A stretch of DNA of 64,000 nucleotides, taken from the IMG/VR virus record IMGVR_UViG_3300030376_006242. One strand, written 5' to 3'. The notes under the pieces are model-generated. The model was not told the DNA's origin and did not search any database. It saw only the letters and a list, made by a program, of their open reading frames with translations. Every line of letters starts with the position of its first letter. The stretch's first letter is position 1. Positions 21,190-31,715 of this stretch are shown here, piece after piece. This DNA comes from a virus. Its lineage: Duplodnaviria; Caudoviricetes. The position numbers and the translations under genes are program-made.

Positions 21190-21792
21190 ATGAGTTTAAA
21201 AGAAATTTTTATAAAAAACAAATGCGATAAAGCAACAAAGCATAGATATTATGAATTGTATCAACAAGATTTTGACAAATTTAAAAATGATCAAATTAAC
21301 ATATTAGAAATTGGCACTTTCAAAGGTGAAAGCACTCAATCCTGGCTTGATTATTTTTCCCAAGCAAAAATTTACACAGCAGACACATTTGAAAGAGTGG
21401 CTCCAGAGAAAGTTCCTGCTTTAAAAAATAATCGTGTAAAATGGTTCAAGGTTGATAGTACTTCAACAAACTGTAAAGCAAATTTTAAAAATCTAAATAT
21501 TCAATTCGATTTGATCATTGATGATGGACTACACACACCTGAAGGTCAGAGATTGACCTTTGAAAATTTGATTGACTTTTTAAAACCTACAGGTTCATAT
21601 TATATTGAAGATGTATGGATGCTGGACAAAGGAAACAATATGTCACACTGGTGGGTTAAAAAACATCCAAAAGACTTTACCATAGAAAAATATAACCAAT
21701 TAATACAATCAATTAATAAGTTCAAAGTTACAGAATATGATTATAGCAGTAAAAAAATTCCTGACAGTTTTATTTTAAAAATTAACAAATGA
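21190..21792 (+). CDS. SAM-dependent sugar O-methyltransferase (MycE-like)
   Basis: DKATKHRY, LEIG, IIDDGLH and YYIED. Confidence 0.75.
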   Translation: MSLKEIFIKNKCDKATKHRYYELYQQDFDKFKNDQINILEIGTFKGESTQSWLDYFSQAKIYTADTFERVAPEKVPALKNNRVKWFKVDSTSTNCKANFKNLNIQFDLIIDDGLHTPEGQRLTFENLIDFLKPTGSYYIEDVWMLDKGNNMSHWWVKKHPKDFTIEKYNQLIQSINKFKVTEYDYSSKKIPDSFILKINK

Positions 21793-22457
21793 AAGCATTT
21801 ATAATAACATTAATGAATGACGCATGGAGTTTATCCTATGCTGAACGCTGTTTACAGAGTATACAAGACACAGAAAGTGATATAGAAGCCACACTATTCG
21901 ACGCCACTACTCCACAAACAATTTTTCCTGTTGCGTGGACTTGGCCCACAGGCAAAAAAATTACTTGTCCTAAAACAAATTTATTTCTAAAACCATACAA
22001 AACTTATGACAATAACAAACGCATAGCCGCGGCACAAAGTCATTTTAGATTATGGCAAATGTGTGCGTCTATGAACGAACCTATTATGATATTAGAACAT
22101 GACGCTTTATTCACACGTAAATTTACAGCACAAGAAACGTCTGCTAAAGTTGTAGGAGCATACAGTATAAATGACCCAAAAGGTGCAACGTTTAAATCAA
22201 AAGATTATTCAAACAAATTAAAAGAAGGATTTAATGAGGTGCCTTGGGTTGCACCTGAAAATATTCCGCAAGGACTGCCAGGTCATTCTGCTTATGTAAT
22301 AACTCCTTGGGCGGCAAGAGACATAATACAAAAGCAAGACAGTATAGGTTGGTGGCCCAACGACGCCATAATGTGTAAGCAGTTGTGTAATTGGTTGTAT
22401 GTTTACAAACCATTCTTTACCAAAACACAAGGCATCAAATCTACTACTTCCTTATAA
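21789..22457 (+). CDS. Glycosyltransferase family 25
   Basis: SHFRLW, ILEHDA and AYVITP. Confidence 0.8.
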   Translation: MKAFIITLMNDAWSLSYAERCLQSIQDTESDIEATLFDATTPQTIFPVAWTWPTGKKITCPKTNLFLKPYKTYDNNKRIAAAQSHFRLWQMCASMNEPIMILEHDALFTRKFTAQETSAKVVGAYSINDPKGATFKSKDYSNKLKEGFNEVPWVAPENIPQGLPGHSAYVITPWAARDIIQKQDSIGWWPNDAIMCKQLCNWLYVYKPFFTKTQGIKSTTSL

Positions 22458-22488
22458 ATTTACCAATAAATATTTCAAACAAAACACC

Positions 22489-23169
22489 ATGAAAATATAC
22501 GTAGGATATGACACAAGAGAAGACATTGCCTATCAAGTGTGTGAACATTCAATATACAGCAATTCTTCAGATGCTCAAGTTGTTCCATTGAATCAACAAT
22601 CATTGCGACAAGATAAATGGTATTGGAGAGAATTAGACAAACTAGCCTCAACAGAATTTACATTCACAAGATTTTTAATACCAGCACTAGAAAATTATAA
22701 AGGTTGGGCATTGTTTTGTGATTCCGATATAGTTTTTACAACTGATATAAAAGAGTTATTTGACCAAGCAGATGACAAGTATGCTGTAATGTGTGTCAAA
22801 CATGACTACACACCCAAGCCAGGAATCAAAATGGACGGACAAAAACAAACTGTGTATCCAAGAAAAAATTGGAGTTCTGTTGTGCTATACAACTGTGGAC
22901 ACAAATCAAATGAAAAATTATCAGTAGATTTAGTAAACAATCCAAACTATGATGGAGCATATTTTCACAGATTTAGTTGGTTAAAAGATGAAGAAATAGG
23001 CACACTGTCGCATGAATGGAATTGGCTTGTGGGTTGGTACAAAGAGCCACAAGATGGTGAGCCGAAAGCCTTACACTACACTGAAGGCGGCCCGTGGTTC
23101 AAAAATTATCGTAATTGCGAATACGGTGATGTTTGGAAAAAATATCTCAACACCATGATGAGCAAATGA
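22489..23169 (+). CDS. GT8-like glycosyltransferase
   Basis: STEFTFTRF, FCDSD, RKNWSS and HYTEGGPW; late promoter at 22466. Confidence 0.75.
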   Translation: MKIYVGYDTREDIAYQVCEHSIYSNSSDAQVVPLNQQSLRQDKWYWRELDKLASTEFTFTRFLIPALENYKGWALFCDSDIVFTTDIKELFDQADDKYAVMCVKHDYTPKPGIKMDGQKQTVYPRKNWSSVVLYNCGHKSNEKLSVDLVNNPNYDGAYFHRFSWLKDEEIGTLSHEWNWLVGWYKEPQDGEPKALHYTEGGPWFKNYRNCEYGDVWKKYLNTMMSK

Positions 23170-23170
23170 T

Positions 23171-23968
23171 ATGCACTACTATTTTGATGGGGAAGATCAG
23201 ATATTACAACATTGGAACCAAGGATTAGGTAGCCATTATCTTCCTTACGAAGAAATAAAGAAAACATCACTAGATAACACAGTAAGTTTTAGAAGTTTAG
23301 CCAAAAGAAAAATAATAAGAGACTGTAAACAATCCGGTAGAACTTTTTATTATATTGATACAGGATATGTTGGAAATCTTATTAAAACAAAATTATATCA
23401 TAGAGTAGTTAAAAATGACGTACAACATAGCACAGTGTTTGACGCCCCAGACGATCGTTGGCGTAAAATACAATCACGAAGTCCGGAATTGGAATTTGTA
23501 GAGTGGCGTAAAAATCATAAAGGCAAAATTTTACTTGTAACTCCAAGTGAAAAGCCTTGCAAGTTTTATAACATAGACAGAGATCGTTGGGTCGCAGATA
23601 CAATAGAAACATTGAAGAAACACACTGATAGAGAAATAATTGTAAGAGACAAAGGTAAAAGGCATGAAAGAGTTGGCGAAGGTAGTGTGCCTAAATATCT
23701 AATAAAAGAAAAAATATATGCAACTGTAACTTATCAATCTATTGCGGCAATAGAGAGTGTGTGCGTAGGAGTACCTGCTTTTACAATGGAAAAAACTGCG
23801 GCTGACAGTGTTACATCTAAAGATTTAAGTAAAATAGAAACACCTTTTTATCCAGATAGAGATCAAGTACACAAATGGCAACATTGGTTAGCATACTGCC
23901 AATATCATGTAAGTGAACTTGGTTCCGGAGAAGCAAGTAGGATTATGGAGAGATACAAATTGTTATGA
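23171..23968 (+). CDS. GT-B/capsule-biosynthesis (KpsS/KpsC-like) protein
   Basis: IDTGY and VTYQSIAAIESVCVGVP. Confidence 0.55.
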   Translation: MHYYFDGEDQILQHWNQGLGSHYLPYEEIKKTSLDNTVSFRSLAKRKIIRDCKQSGRTFYYIDTGYVGNLIKTKLYHRVVKNDVQHSTVFDAPDDRWRKIQSRSPELEFVEWRKNHKGKILLVTPSEKPCKFYNIDRDRWVADTIETLKKHTDREIIVRDKGKRHERVGEGSVPKYLIKEKIYATVTYQSIAAIESVCVGVPAFTMEKTAADSVTSKDLSKIETPFYPDRDQVHKWQHWLAYCQYHVSELGSGEASRIMERYKLL

Positions 23969-24912
23969 TAAATGTTGTAGCCTACATGAAGGTTATTCCT
24001 CCTGGGAATAAAAAACCACAAAAGCCTTTAATAATAAAAAACTTTATCGATGGTGTTAATGCCTGCGGAGACAAAGGAGTAATAAGCAATTCTTGGCAGT
24101 TAATACCTGCAGATGTTTCTGTATTACAAGGATTTGTACATCAGCAACCTCAAAAACATAGACATCTTATGTTAAGAAAAACTGTGTTTGAACAACAGCA
24201 AAAACGAAACAAACGCACTATGATTGTAGACTCTAGTTTATTTTTGTATGCTGATCCCAAGCAATCAAAAAATTATTTACGATATGGTTATGATGGAATT
24301 TTTCCTAACACAGCAGAATATTGTTGGGACAATCCAGATCCACAACGTTGGGAAGTAATTAAAAAAGATTTAGGTATAGATTTAAAACCATGGAGATTGA
24401 GTGGAGGAAAATATATTTTAGTTTGTTGTCAAAGAGATGGTGGCTGGAGCATGGACGGCTTAAAAGTAAATGTTTGGTTACAACACGTGATTGAACAAAT
24501 TAGAAAATTTACAAAAAAAGAAATAAGAATTAGATTTCACCCTGGTGACAAAGCATCATCGCAATGGGCATCACTTGTGAGACAATGGATAAACAGTGGA
24601 CAGCCAAAATATCAAAATATTGAAATAAGTGGTGCAAAAAATCTTATAGATGAATTTGCACTTGCTCATGCGGTAGTTGGTCATAACTCTAGTCCTACTG
24701 TTGCTTCTGTGATTGAAGGTATCCCAACACTAGTTACTGATCCAGAGAGAGCACAGATAAACGGAGTCAATCAAGTTAAATGGGAAGACTTAGATTCACC
24801 TACTCCGTATGACAGAGAATTATGGATTAGAAGACTTGCACAAATACATTGGACACTAGATGAAGTAAAATCAGGATTGGCATGGAAACATTTAAGGAAG
24901 TATGTCAAATGA
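23965..24912 (+). CDS. GT-B/capsule-biosynthesis (KpsS/KpsC-like) protein
   Basis: RFHP and HNSSPTVASVIEGIP. Confidence 0.55.
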   Translation: MINVVAYMKVIPPGNKKPQKPLIIKNFIDGVNACGDKGVISNSWQLIPADVSVLQGFVHQQPQKHRHLMLRKTVFEQQQKRNKRTMIVDSSLFLYADPKQSKNYLRYGYDGIFPNTAEYCWDNPDPQRWEVIKKDLGIDLKPWRLSGGKYILVCCQRDGGWSMDGLKVNVWLQHVIEQIRKFTKKEIRIRFHPGDKASSQWASLVRQWINSGQPKYQNIEISGAKNLIDEFALAHAVVGHNSSPTVASVIEGIPTLVTDPERAQINGVNQVKWEDLDSPTPYDRELWIRRLAQIHWTLDEVKSGLAWKHLRKYVK

Positions 24913-25745
24913 TTACAACACTTACAACTTTTCATAAACCTGGATTAGACTTATATGGACAAAGATTCATAGATAGTTTTGCTAAAAATGTAGATAAAAA
25001 GATTAAATTATTGGTGTACGCAGAAAACTGTACACCTGTAAATCCAGATAATAAACAAATAACAATAATAGATGCTAAAGAACTTATAAAATTAAATCAA
25101 TTTAAATCACGTTGGGGTAATGTTCCTAAAGCAAATGGTAAATGTCCTTTCCCAGAAAAGCGACCAAGAGATCATCATAAAGAATTTAAATGGGACGCAA
25201 TAAGATTTGCCAACAAAGTTTATGCTGTGTTTGATGCTGTAACAAGAACAGATGATCAGTGGACAGTATGGATTGATGCAGATACATTTGTACATAGTCC
25301 TATATCTTACGAACAATTTGAAAATTTACTCCCAAATGATAAATGGATAACTTTTGTAGGTAGAGGTAAAGGTTCACAAACATGGCCCGAGTGCGGTTTC
25401 TATGGTTTAAACACGCAGACCGAAACTTGTAAAAGATTCTTATCTGAATTTGAACGTATGTATGAAGATGCTGACAACGGTATTTTTAAATTAGACGAAT
25501 GGCATGATAGTTTTGTGTTTGGAAAAATATTAAATCAACTAACTCCTTTAGATAAAAATTTTTATGATTATTCAACAGGCATATACAACAAAACTGCTAA
25601 AACAGGAGGCGGTGGTCATCCTTTAATTAATTCAGTATTGGGAAATTATTTTGATCACATGAAAGGAGCACGTAAAACAAAAGGTAAAAGTCAAAAAAAA
25701 GATTTGATATCCAATCGTGCTGAATCTTACTGGAATGAAGTTTAG
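24909..25745 (+). CDS. GT-A glycosyltransferase-like protein
   Basis: WIDADT, ECGF, EWHDSF and DHMKG. Confidence 0.6.
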   Translation: MITTLTTFHKPGLDLYGQRFIDSFAKNVDKKIKLLVYAENCTPVNPDNKQITIIDAKELIKLNQFKSRWGNVPKANGKCPFPEKRPRDHHKEFKWDAIRFANKVYAVFDAVTRTDDQWTVWIDADTFVHSPISYEQFENLLPNDKWITFVGRGKGSQTWPECGFYGLNTQTETCKRFLSEFERMYEDADNGIFKLDEWHDSFVFGKILNQLTPLDKNFYDYSTGIYNKTAKTGGGGHPLINSVLGNYFDHMKGARKTKGKSQKKDLISNRAESYWNEV

Positions 25746-26571
25746 TCTATTCACAAACAATGGTCCTCTGAACAGTCCTTTAGTCTGGGAGGCAGTCAAA
25801 GCAGGTCTTAATAGATTAGGACACAGTGTTGATGAAAATAATTTAGATACAGATATACCTGTAATCTGGTCACTGCTATGGAATGGCAGAATGATGAAAA
25901 ACAAATCTATTTGGAACACATTTAGACAACAACATAGAAAAGTGCTTGTTATAGAAGTAGGTGGCATCAAAAGAAATATAACATGGAAAGTAGGAATAAA
26001 CGGAATCAACAGAGCAGGAGAGTTTGGTCCGTTGAATAATAATGACTCAAGAGTAAAACAGTTTGAATTATCATTGCGTCCTTGGCGTACTGAAGGAGAT
26101 CATATATTATTGTGTTTACAACACGACAAAAGCGAACAGTGGGCAAGTATGCCTCCTTTAGAAAAATACGTCAAAGACACTGTTGAAAAAATACGACAAT
26201 ATACAGATAGAAAAATTGTTGTGAGACCTCATCCTAGATGTCCTTTAAAAAATATGCCTGTGTTAGACAACGTAGGTTATGAAATACCAAGACAGATTAA
26301 GAATACATATGATGATTTTGACCTAAATTTTGCCAATGCTTGGGCAGTGATAAGTCACAGCAGTAACCCAGGAATTCATGCTGTATTGAATGGAATACCT
26401 GCTTTTGTCAGTGAAGAAAGCCTAGCATATGATGTAGGAAACTCTGATTTCAGCACCATTGCCAGCCCAAAGACCCCCGATAGACAGCAATGGCTGAATG
26501 ATTACACACATACTGAGTGGACTATTGAAGAAATAGCACAAGGCATTCCTTTTTCCAGATTGACTTTTTAA
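25735..26571 (+). CDS. GT-B/capsule-biosynthesis (KpsS/KpsC-like) protein
   Basis: VRPHP and SHSSNPGIHAVLNGIP. Confidence 0.55.
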   Translation: MKFSLFTNNGPLNSPLVWEAVKAGLNRLGHSVDENNLDTDIPVIWSLLWNGRMMKNKSIWNTFRQQHRKVLVIEVGGIKRNITWKVGINGINRAGEFGPLNNNDSRVKQFELSLRPWRTEGDHILLCLQHDKSEQWASMPPLEKYVKDTVEKIRQYTDRKIVVRPHPRCPLKNMPVLDNVGYEIPRQIKNTYDDFDLNFANAWAVISHSSNPGIHAVLNGIPAFVSEESLAYDVGNSDFSTIASPKTPDRQQWLNDYTHTEWTIEEIAQGIPFSRLTF

Positions 26572-26588
26572 CCAAAATCTATTATAAT
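26560..26588 (+). promoter_or_regulatory. Sigma70-type promoter (leaderless gene follows)
   Basis: TTGACT-17-TATAAT; ACCAAAA box in spacer; ATG 6 nt after the -10. Confidence 0.8.
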
Positions 26589-26594
26589 AATGGT

Positions 26595-27878
26595 ATGCGT
26601 TCAATTACCATAGAAGAGTGTTTAGAATTAATGGCAGGGTTTTCTGCCAAAGCGGTTACGCCAGCATTTATTCTATTAGACCGTGATAAAAAAATTATTA
26701 CAGATATTGCTAAAAAAGTTTATAAAGGCACAGCATTAACTGATAGACAACTAGATGCTGTAAAAAAAATATTAATTACCAGATATAAATCACAATTTAG
26801 AATGAGGGGAATTGATTTAGAAAACAGTGTTAACAATCTAAGACAACCTTTAAGACATTTAGACAGAAGCGAATACATAAGAATTGAAGAAGGATCTAAT
26901 TATTTAGAACCGTATTGGTCAGGGTTTACTCCAAGCAAAGTTGTGGTAACAAGATTTCCATTCAACATGACTTACTCAAAACAGATTACCGAAGTAAGAA
27001 AATTACTAGGACCTTTAAACAGTAGATTTTATTCACAAAAATTAAAAGACAAATATATTTTGCCTTACACAGAAAAAATTGTACATAGACTGATTGGTAA
27101 ATTTAAAAATAAAATAAAAGACATTGATCCTATTTTATTAGATGTATACAATGAATGTGAAAAAATTTACAAAAAAGAAAGTGAATACGTTCCAGGAATC
27201 TACAATTACAAAATACAAAATAGTTCAGAAACAGTTACAAATTACTATCAAGAATATTTTGGTGATCCAGTAAATGAAAATTTATATCTTTATTTTGACA
27301 GAAAAGAAAAAATGGGATTGAAATATTTTGATAAGGATATGTTAAAAGAATCAAGTAAAGATTTATCTCCTTTGAGTACCGCAATATTACACAGAACATA
27401 TGCCCGAATTAATTTAGATACAAAAAAATGGCCCTACGAACAAATTATTAATACAATAAGTGAACTACGACGTTTTCCTTTATTGGTGGTATTATCTGGT
27501 ACAACCGAAAAAGATAGTTTGAAAGATTTACACAAAACACATAAACTGTTTAAAAATATTGTTGATGATAAAGATGTTAGTGTATTAGTAAGATGTAAAA
27601 ATGGAACGACTTTTGGTAAAGAATTTAACGATTACATTAAAGACAACAGATTAAATAATTCACTTGCGAAAAGTACAAAAATAGTGTATATTACAAGTAA
27701 GAAGATTCCAAAGCCTTTGCTAACATCTGAATGGGAACCTGAAGCAGTACTAATTGGAGACAGTACCAGAAGTTATACAAAGGTTGACAAATATATTGGC
27801 ACCATTGATTTACAATTACAAATTAATGGACAAGACAGTTATTGGAATCAAATCCATGTTGGAGCAGACACTATATGA
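26595..27878 (+). CDS. Hypothetical protein upstream of uvsW
   Basis: 427-aa ORF with its own promoter. Confidence 0.7.
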   Translation: MRSITIEECLELMAGFSAKAVTPAFILLDRDKKIITDIAKKVYKGTALTDRQLDAVKKILITRYKSQFRMRGIDLENSVNNLRQPLRHLDRSEYIRIEEGSNYLEPYWSGFTPSKVVVTRFPFNMTYSKQITEVRKLLGPLNSRFYSQKLKDKYILPYTEKIVHRLIGKFKNKIKDIDPILLDVYNECEKIYKKESEYVPGIYNYKIQNSSETVTNYYQEYFGDPVNENLYLYFDRKEKMGLKYFDKDMLKESSKDLSPLSTAILHRTYARINLDTKKWPYEQIINTISELRRFPLLVVLSGTTEKDSLKDLHKTHKLFKNIVDDKDVSVLVRCKNGTTFGKEFNDYIKDNRLNNSLAKSTKIVYITSKKIPKPLLTSEWEPEAVLIGDSTRSYTKVDKYIGTIDLQLQINGQDSYWNQIHVGADTI

Positions 27879-29332
27879 GATGTAAAATTGTAATCACAGA
27901 TGAAGTCAATGTAAAGATTGAAGGATTACCTGTGGATGTCCGCAGAAAAATTGCTAACAAATTTAAATTTGCTGTTCCTTATGCTCGTTATCTTCCTCAA
28001 TATAAACTAGGACGCTGGGATGGTAAAGTTGGTTTCTTTGGTTTAGGTGGTAACGGTTATGTGAATCATTTAGATAAGATTATAGAATATCTTCACGAAT
28101 CTGGAGTTGAGATAGAAGAAGTTAATGATAAAAGAGAAAAATTTGACTTAACATTTGATCAAGTAGACAAAAATTATTTTAGTGCTAAGACTTGGCCCAA
28201 AGGACATTTATGCGAAGGTCAACCAATTGAACTGCGTGATTATCAAGTCGATGTTATCAACAATTTTATTAAAGAACCACAAAGTTTACAAGAAGTTGCC
28301 ACAGGCGCTGGAAAAACTATTATCACAGCGGCACTGAGTAGCATTTGCGAAAAGTTCGGACGTACTTTAGTAATTGTTCCAAACAAAGGACTTGTAACTC
28401 AAACTGAAGAAGACTATATTAACGTAGGATTAGATGTTGGTGTTTACTTTGGAGATAGAAAAGAATTAAATCGTACACACACAATTTGTACTTGGCAAAG
28501 TTTAAACGTGTTAGATAAAAAAGGTAAAGCAGGTGAATCTGTTTTTACATTAACAGATTTTTTAGATGGTGTTAAAACTGTTATCATTGACGAAGTACAC
28601 CAAGCAAAAGCAGAAGTATTGAAAAAATTATTAACACAGCATCTTAAAAATGCTCCGGTTAGATGGGGATTAACGGGCACTATTCCAAAAGAACAATTTG
28701 AATTTCAAAGTATATTAGCAAGTATTGGTCCTGTTGTAAATCAAATTTCAGCAAAAGAATTACAAGATAAAGGCGTATTATCTAAATGTCATGTGAATGT
28801 TGTACAATTAATAGACACAGAAGTTTATAAAAATTATCAAGAAGAATTAAAATATCTTGTGACCAACGACAAAAGATTAGAATACCTTGGCAAATTAATT
28901 AACAAAATAAAAGACAGCGGAAATACTCTTGTGTTAATAGATAGACTTACAGCGGGTAAACGACTTGCTGAGATCATTGATGACAGTGTCTTCATACAAG
29001 GAGAAACAAAGTTAGCAGATAGAAAAGAACAATATGATGAGATAAGCGATTCAGATAACAAAGTGATTATAGCAACTTATGGTGTAGCATCAGTTGGTAT
29101 AAACATACCAAGAATATTCAATTTAATTTTGATAGAGCCGGGCAAGTCATTTGTACGTGTTATACAATCAATTGGAAGAGGTATACGTAAAGCCAAAGAC
29201 AAAGACTTTGTTCAAATATGGGACTTAACATCTAGTTGTAAATTTGCTAAAAGACATTTAACGCATAGAAAAAAATTTTACAAAGAAGCAAACTATCCGT
29301 TTACGATAGAGAAAGTAGATTGGACGAAATGA
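27875..29332 (+). CDS. uvsW: SF2 DNA helicase
   Basis: LRDYQ, ATGAGKT, IDEVH, GLTGT and QSIGRGIR. Confidence 0.92.
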   Translation: MRCKIVITDEVNVKIEGLPVDVRRKIANKFKFAVPYARYLPQYKLGRWDGKVGFFGLGGNGYVNHLDKIIEYLHESGVEIEEVNDKREKFDLTFDQVDKNYFSAKTWPKGHLCEGQPIELRDYQVDVINNFIKEPQSLQEVATGAGKTIITAALSSICEKFGRTLVIVPNKGLVTQTEEDYINVGLDVGVYFGDRKELNRTHTICTWQSLNVLDKKGKAGESVFTLTDFLDGVKTVIIDEVHQAKAEVLKKLLTQHLKNAPVRWGLTGTIPKEQFEFQSILASIGPVVNQISAKELQDKGVLSKCHVNVVQLIDTEVYKNYQEELKYLVTNDKRLEYLGKLINKIKDSGNTLVLIDRLTAGKRLAEIIDDSVFIQGETKLADRKEQYDEISDSDNKVIIATYGVASVGINIPRIFNLILIEPGKSFVRVIQSIGRGIRKAKDKDFVQIWDLTSSCKFAKRHLTHRKKFYKEANYPFTIEKVDWTK

Positions 29333-29664
29333 ACTGTTTAGGATTATTTTTAGCAATGTCAATGCACGTTGGTTTAGAAGCAAATTATAATAATGTACAC
29401 CCACACGCAAGATGCACTGTAGACAATAATATAGCAGGAGTATTTTACAACTCCGAAGATAGAATCAGCACATACATCGGTAAGGAGTTTGAATTAGACG
29501 AGTATTGGAATATTGAATTAGGACTTGTAACAGGATATAAATCTGAGGATATACTACCAATGATTAGATACAAAGCAGGAGGCTTATTTGTTTCTCCTGC
29601 ATATGAAAAACATAACGGCGAAGAAAACTACGGTGTAGTAATAGGTTGGGAGATAGGAAAATGA
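29329..29664 (+). CDS. Small exported beta-barrel-like (PagP/CrcA-like) membrane protein
   Basis: Signal-like N-terminus; GVFYNS..ISTYIG and LGLVTGY alternating beta pattern. Confidence 0.45.
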   Translation: MNCLGLFLAMSMHVGLEANYNNVHPHARCTVDNNIAGVFYNSEDRISTYIGKEFELDEYWNIELGLVTGYKSEDILPMIRYKAGGLFVSPAYEKHNGEENYGVVIGWEIGK

Positions 29665-30485
29665 GAATAGCAGGAGCACAAATACCGGTCACAAATGACG
29701 TAGGTAAGAACTATGAAGCAATTAAAAAGGCTTGTGATTGGGCAATAGAAAATAATGTAGATTATTTGTTCACACCAGAAAATGCGTTGAGTGGTTACGT
29801 TGCCGAATCCTTCAACATCAATACTTGTAAAGAAACAGAAGAAGCAATGGCAAAATTAGTAGAATATGCTTCAAGCAACAAGTTAGGTTTAATAGTAGGC
29901 ACACTATGGTTAGATGATAAAGATAAAATTAACGGTCCTTTCTTTGGATTTAAATCTAATCAATTAAGATTTTATAACCAAGAAGGAGAATATATTGGTT
30001 CAACAAAGAAAACAAAGTTAGTAAGTTTTGATGCTGATTGTGAAAAAGAAACAAAAGCACCAGTGATTACTTTGACCAACGGCGAAGCAAAGTTAAAAGT
30101 TGGAGCATTAATATGTAACGATCTTGTAGGCAATTACTATGGGGGCGGTGACAATCTTGCTTCTAAACTAAAAGATGAACAGGTTGCTCTTATAATTCAT
30201 GCCAGCAATACACAAAAAGATCAAGGCCCGCATATTAAATTGTTACACGATAACTTCCATGATGCTTGTACTCAATTTATTACATATGCTACTAATATTC
30301 CAATATTAAGTGTGGACAATCCGTGGCACTTACATGGAGTAGAAAGCAAAGACGGAACATCATTTACATCAGGCATATATTTCCCATTAGAGGCAAAATA
30401 CCAAGCACCAAAGACAGGCACTCAATATTTTTACTATGATCATAGTGATATAACTTATTCATTCTCGGAAGGAACAGACAAATGA
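29661..30485 (+). CDS. Carbon-nitrogen hydrolase (nitrilase superfamily)
   Basis: E-K-C triad motifs FTPENALSGY, KTKL and LICND. Confidence 0.8.
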   Translation: MRIAGAQIPVTNDVGKNYEAIKKACDWAIENNVDYLFTPENALSGYVAESFNINTCKETEEAMAKLVEYASSNKLGLIVGTLWLDDKDKINGPFFGFKSNQLRFYNQEGEYIGSTKKTKLVSFDADCEKETKAPVITLTNGEAKLKVGALICNDLVGNYYGGGDNLASKLKDEQVALIIHASNTQKDQGPHIKLLHDNFHDACTQFITYATNIPILSVDNPWHLHGVESKDGTSFTSGIYFPLEAKYQAPKTGTQYFYYDHSDITYSFSEGTDK

Positions 30486-30988
30486 AAATATTAACAGTGG
30501 AAAATATTCCATATGATCTAAACAAAATGCCTCAAACAGTTTCAGACGACATGGCATTTAGTGTATTAGATAACAGTAATCCAAAAGAACCTGATTTCTT
30601 TTTCTTGCCATTAATTTACATTGAATCATTCAATGCTCCGGCAATAGTTTTAGAAATAGGAGGCAAAGAAGTAACTATGCCGCTTGATTGGAGCATAGCA
30701 GTAGGAGACAAAGAAGACAGTAACACAGTTGAAGTTGTACCATTAACTAGTATAGCAGACAGAGGATTTTCAGCATTTATTTTTAATCCGTTAAATGGAT
30801 TCAAAGCAGACTTTTACGAAGTAAATGTTGTTAATTTTTATAATGACGTGAAATGGTACTTTCCAAAAATTAAAAACAATCAACTTTTATCTACACCTTT
30901 GACTGATAACAAAAGTCCAGATTGTGCATTTTTTGTAAAAGATATTTCTAGACAGTGTGAAAGTATAGAATACACTAATTTGCTCTAA
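30482..30988 (+). CDS. Hypothetical protein, possibly degenerate Hint fold
   Basis: Beta-rich; weak block-B-like segment without splicing residues. Confidence 0.45.
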   Translation: MKILTVENIPYDLNKMPQTVSDDMAFSVLDNSNPKEPDFFFLPLIYIESFNAPAIVLEIGGKEVTMPLDWSIAVGDKEDSNTVEVVPLTSIADRGFSAFIFNPLNGFKADFYEVNVVNFYNDVKWYFPKIKNNQLLSTPLTDNKSPDCAFFVKDISRQCESIEYTNLL

Positions 30989-31239
30989 TGCCAAAAAAGA
31001 AAAAAGAAACAGCAATGATTTATGAAAGTCCAGATGGTGGGGCGACTGTGTACGCAAGACCTATTGATGGGAAAGGTGAACGTGTTTTAATTGAACAACC
31101 AAATTTTCCGGATTGGTATTTAAATGAAGTAGAAATTTCCGAAATAGTAGATTATGCAAACGAAGGAAACAAGTCTTTACAAATACAATTAAAGAAGTTA
31201 AAATTAATGTATGATTTAATAAAGGACAATAGATGGTAA
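30988..31239 (+). CDS. Hypothetical protein
   Basis: IYESPDGG.TVYAR segment; coupled ORF. Confidence 0.7.
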   Translation: MPKKKKETAMIYESPDGGATVYARPIDGKGERVLIEQPNFPDWYLNEVEISEIVDYANEGNKSLQIQLKKLKLMYDLIKDNRW

Positions 31240-31715
31240 CAAAAACAAACAAACTACCTTTAAAAGACATATTAGCGGCTATCGATATGAATGCCAAGAA
31301 CGTGTGGGACGAATTGTCAGATGATGAACGCAAACAAGTTTCATTCTATTTGTTGAATAGATACGTAAGTGCTATAAAAGGTAAAACAGAAGACAAGCAA
31401 TTACAGATATTCAAAACAAATCAATATTATAATAAAAACTTTTTTACACTATCTTCTAAACACAAAAAATTACTTTGGTATCTTTTGTGTATGACTGCTA
31501 ATACTTCTAAAAGCATTAGATATCATGAATGGATTGGTTACAAACAGAAAGTAAGCAATAGCACAGCAAAAGCAATAAAATTTTTAGAAAAACTGTATCC
31601 AACTAAAAAGCAAGATGAATTAAAATTATTAGCAACTATAAACACAACAAAAGAATTAAAACAATTAGCAGAAGATATGGGTATGCCCAAAGAACAAATT
31701 AAGAAAACATTTTAA
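31233..31715 (+). CDS. Possible clamp-loader small subunit (gp62-like)
   Basis: FYLLNRYVS motif, size and replication context. Confidence 0.45.
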   Translation: MVTKTNKLPLKDILAAIDMNAKNVWDELSDDERKQVSFYLLNRYVSAIKGKTEDKQLQIFKTNQYYNKNFFTLSSKHKKLLWYLLCMTANTSKSIRYHEWIGYKQKVSNSTAKAIKFLEKLYPTKKQDELKLLATINTTKELKQLAEDMGMPKEQIKKTF

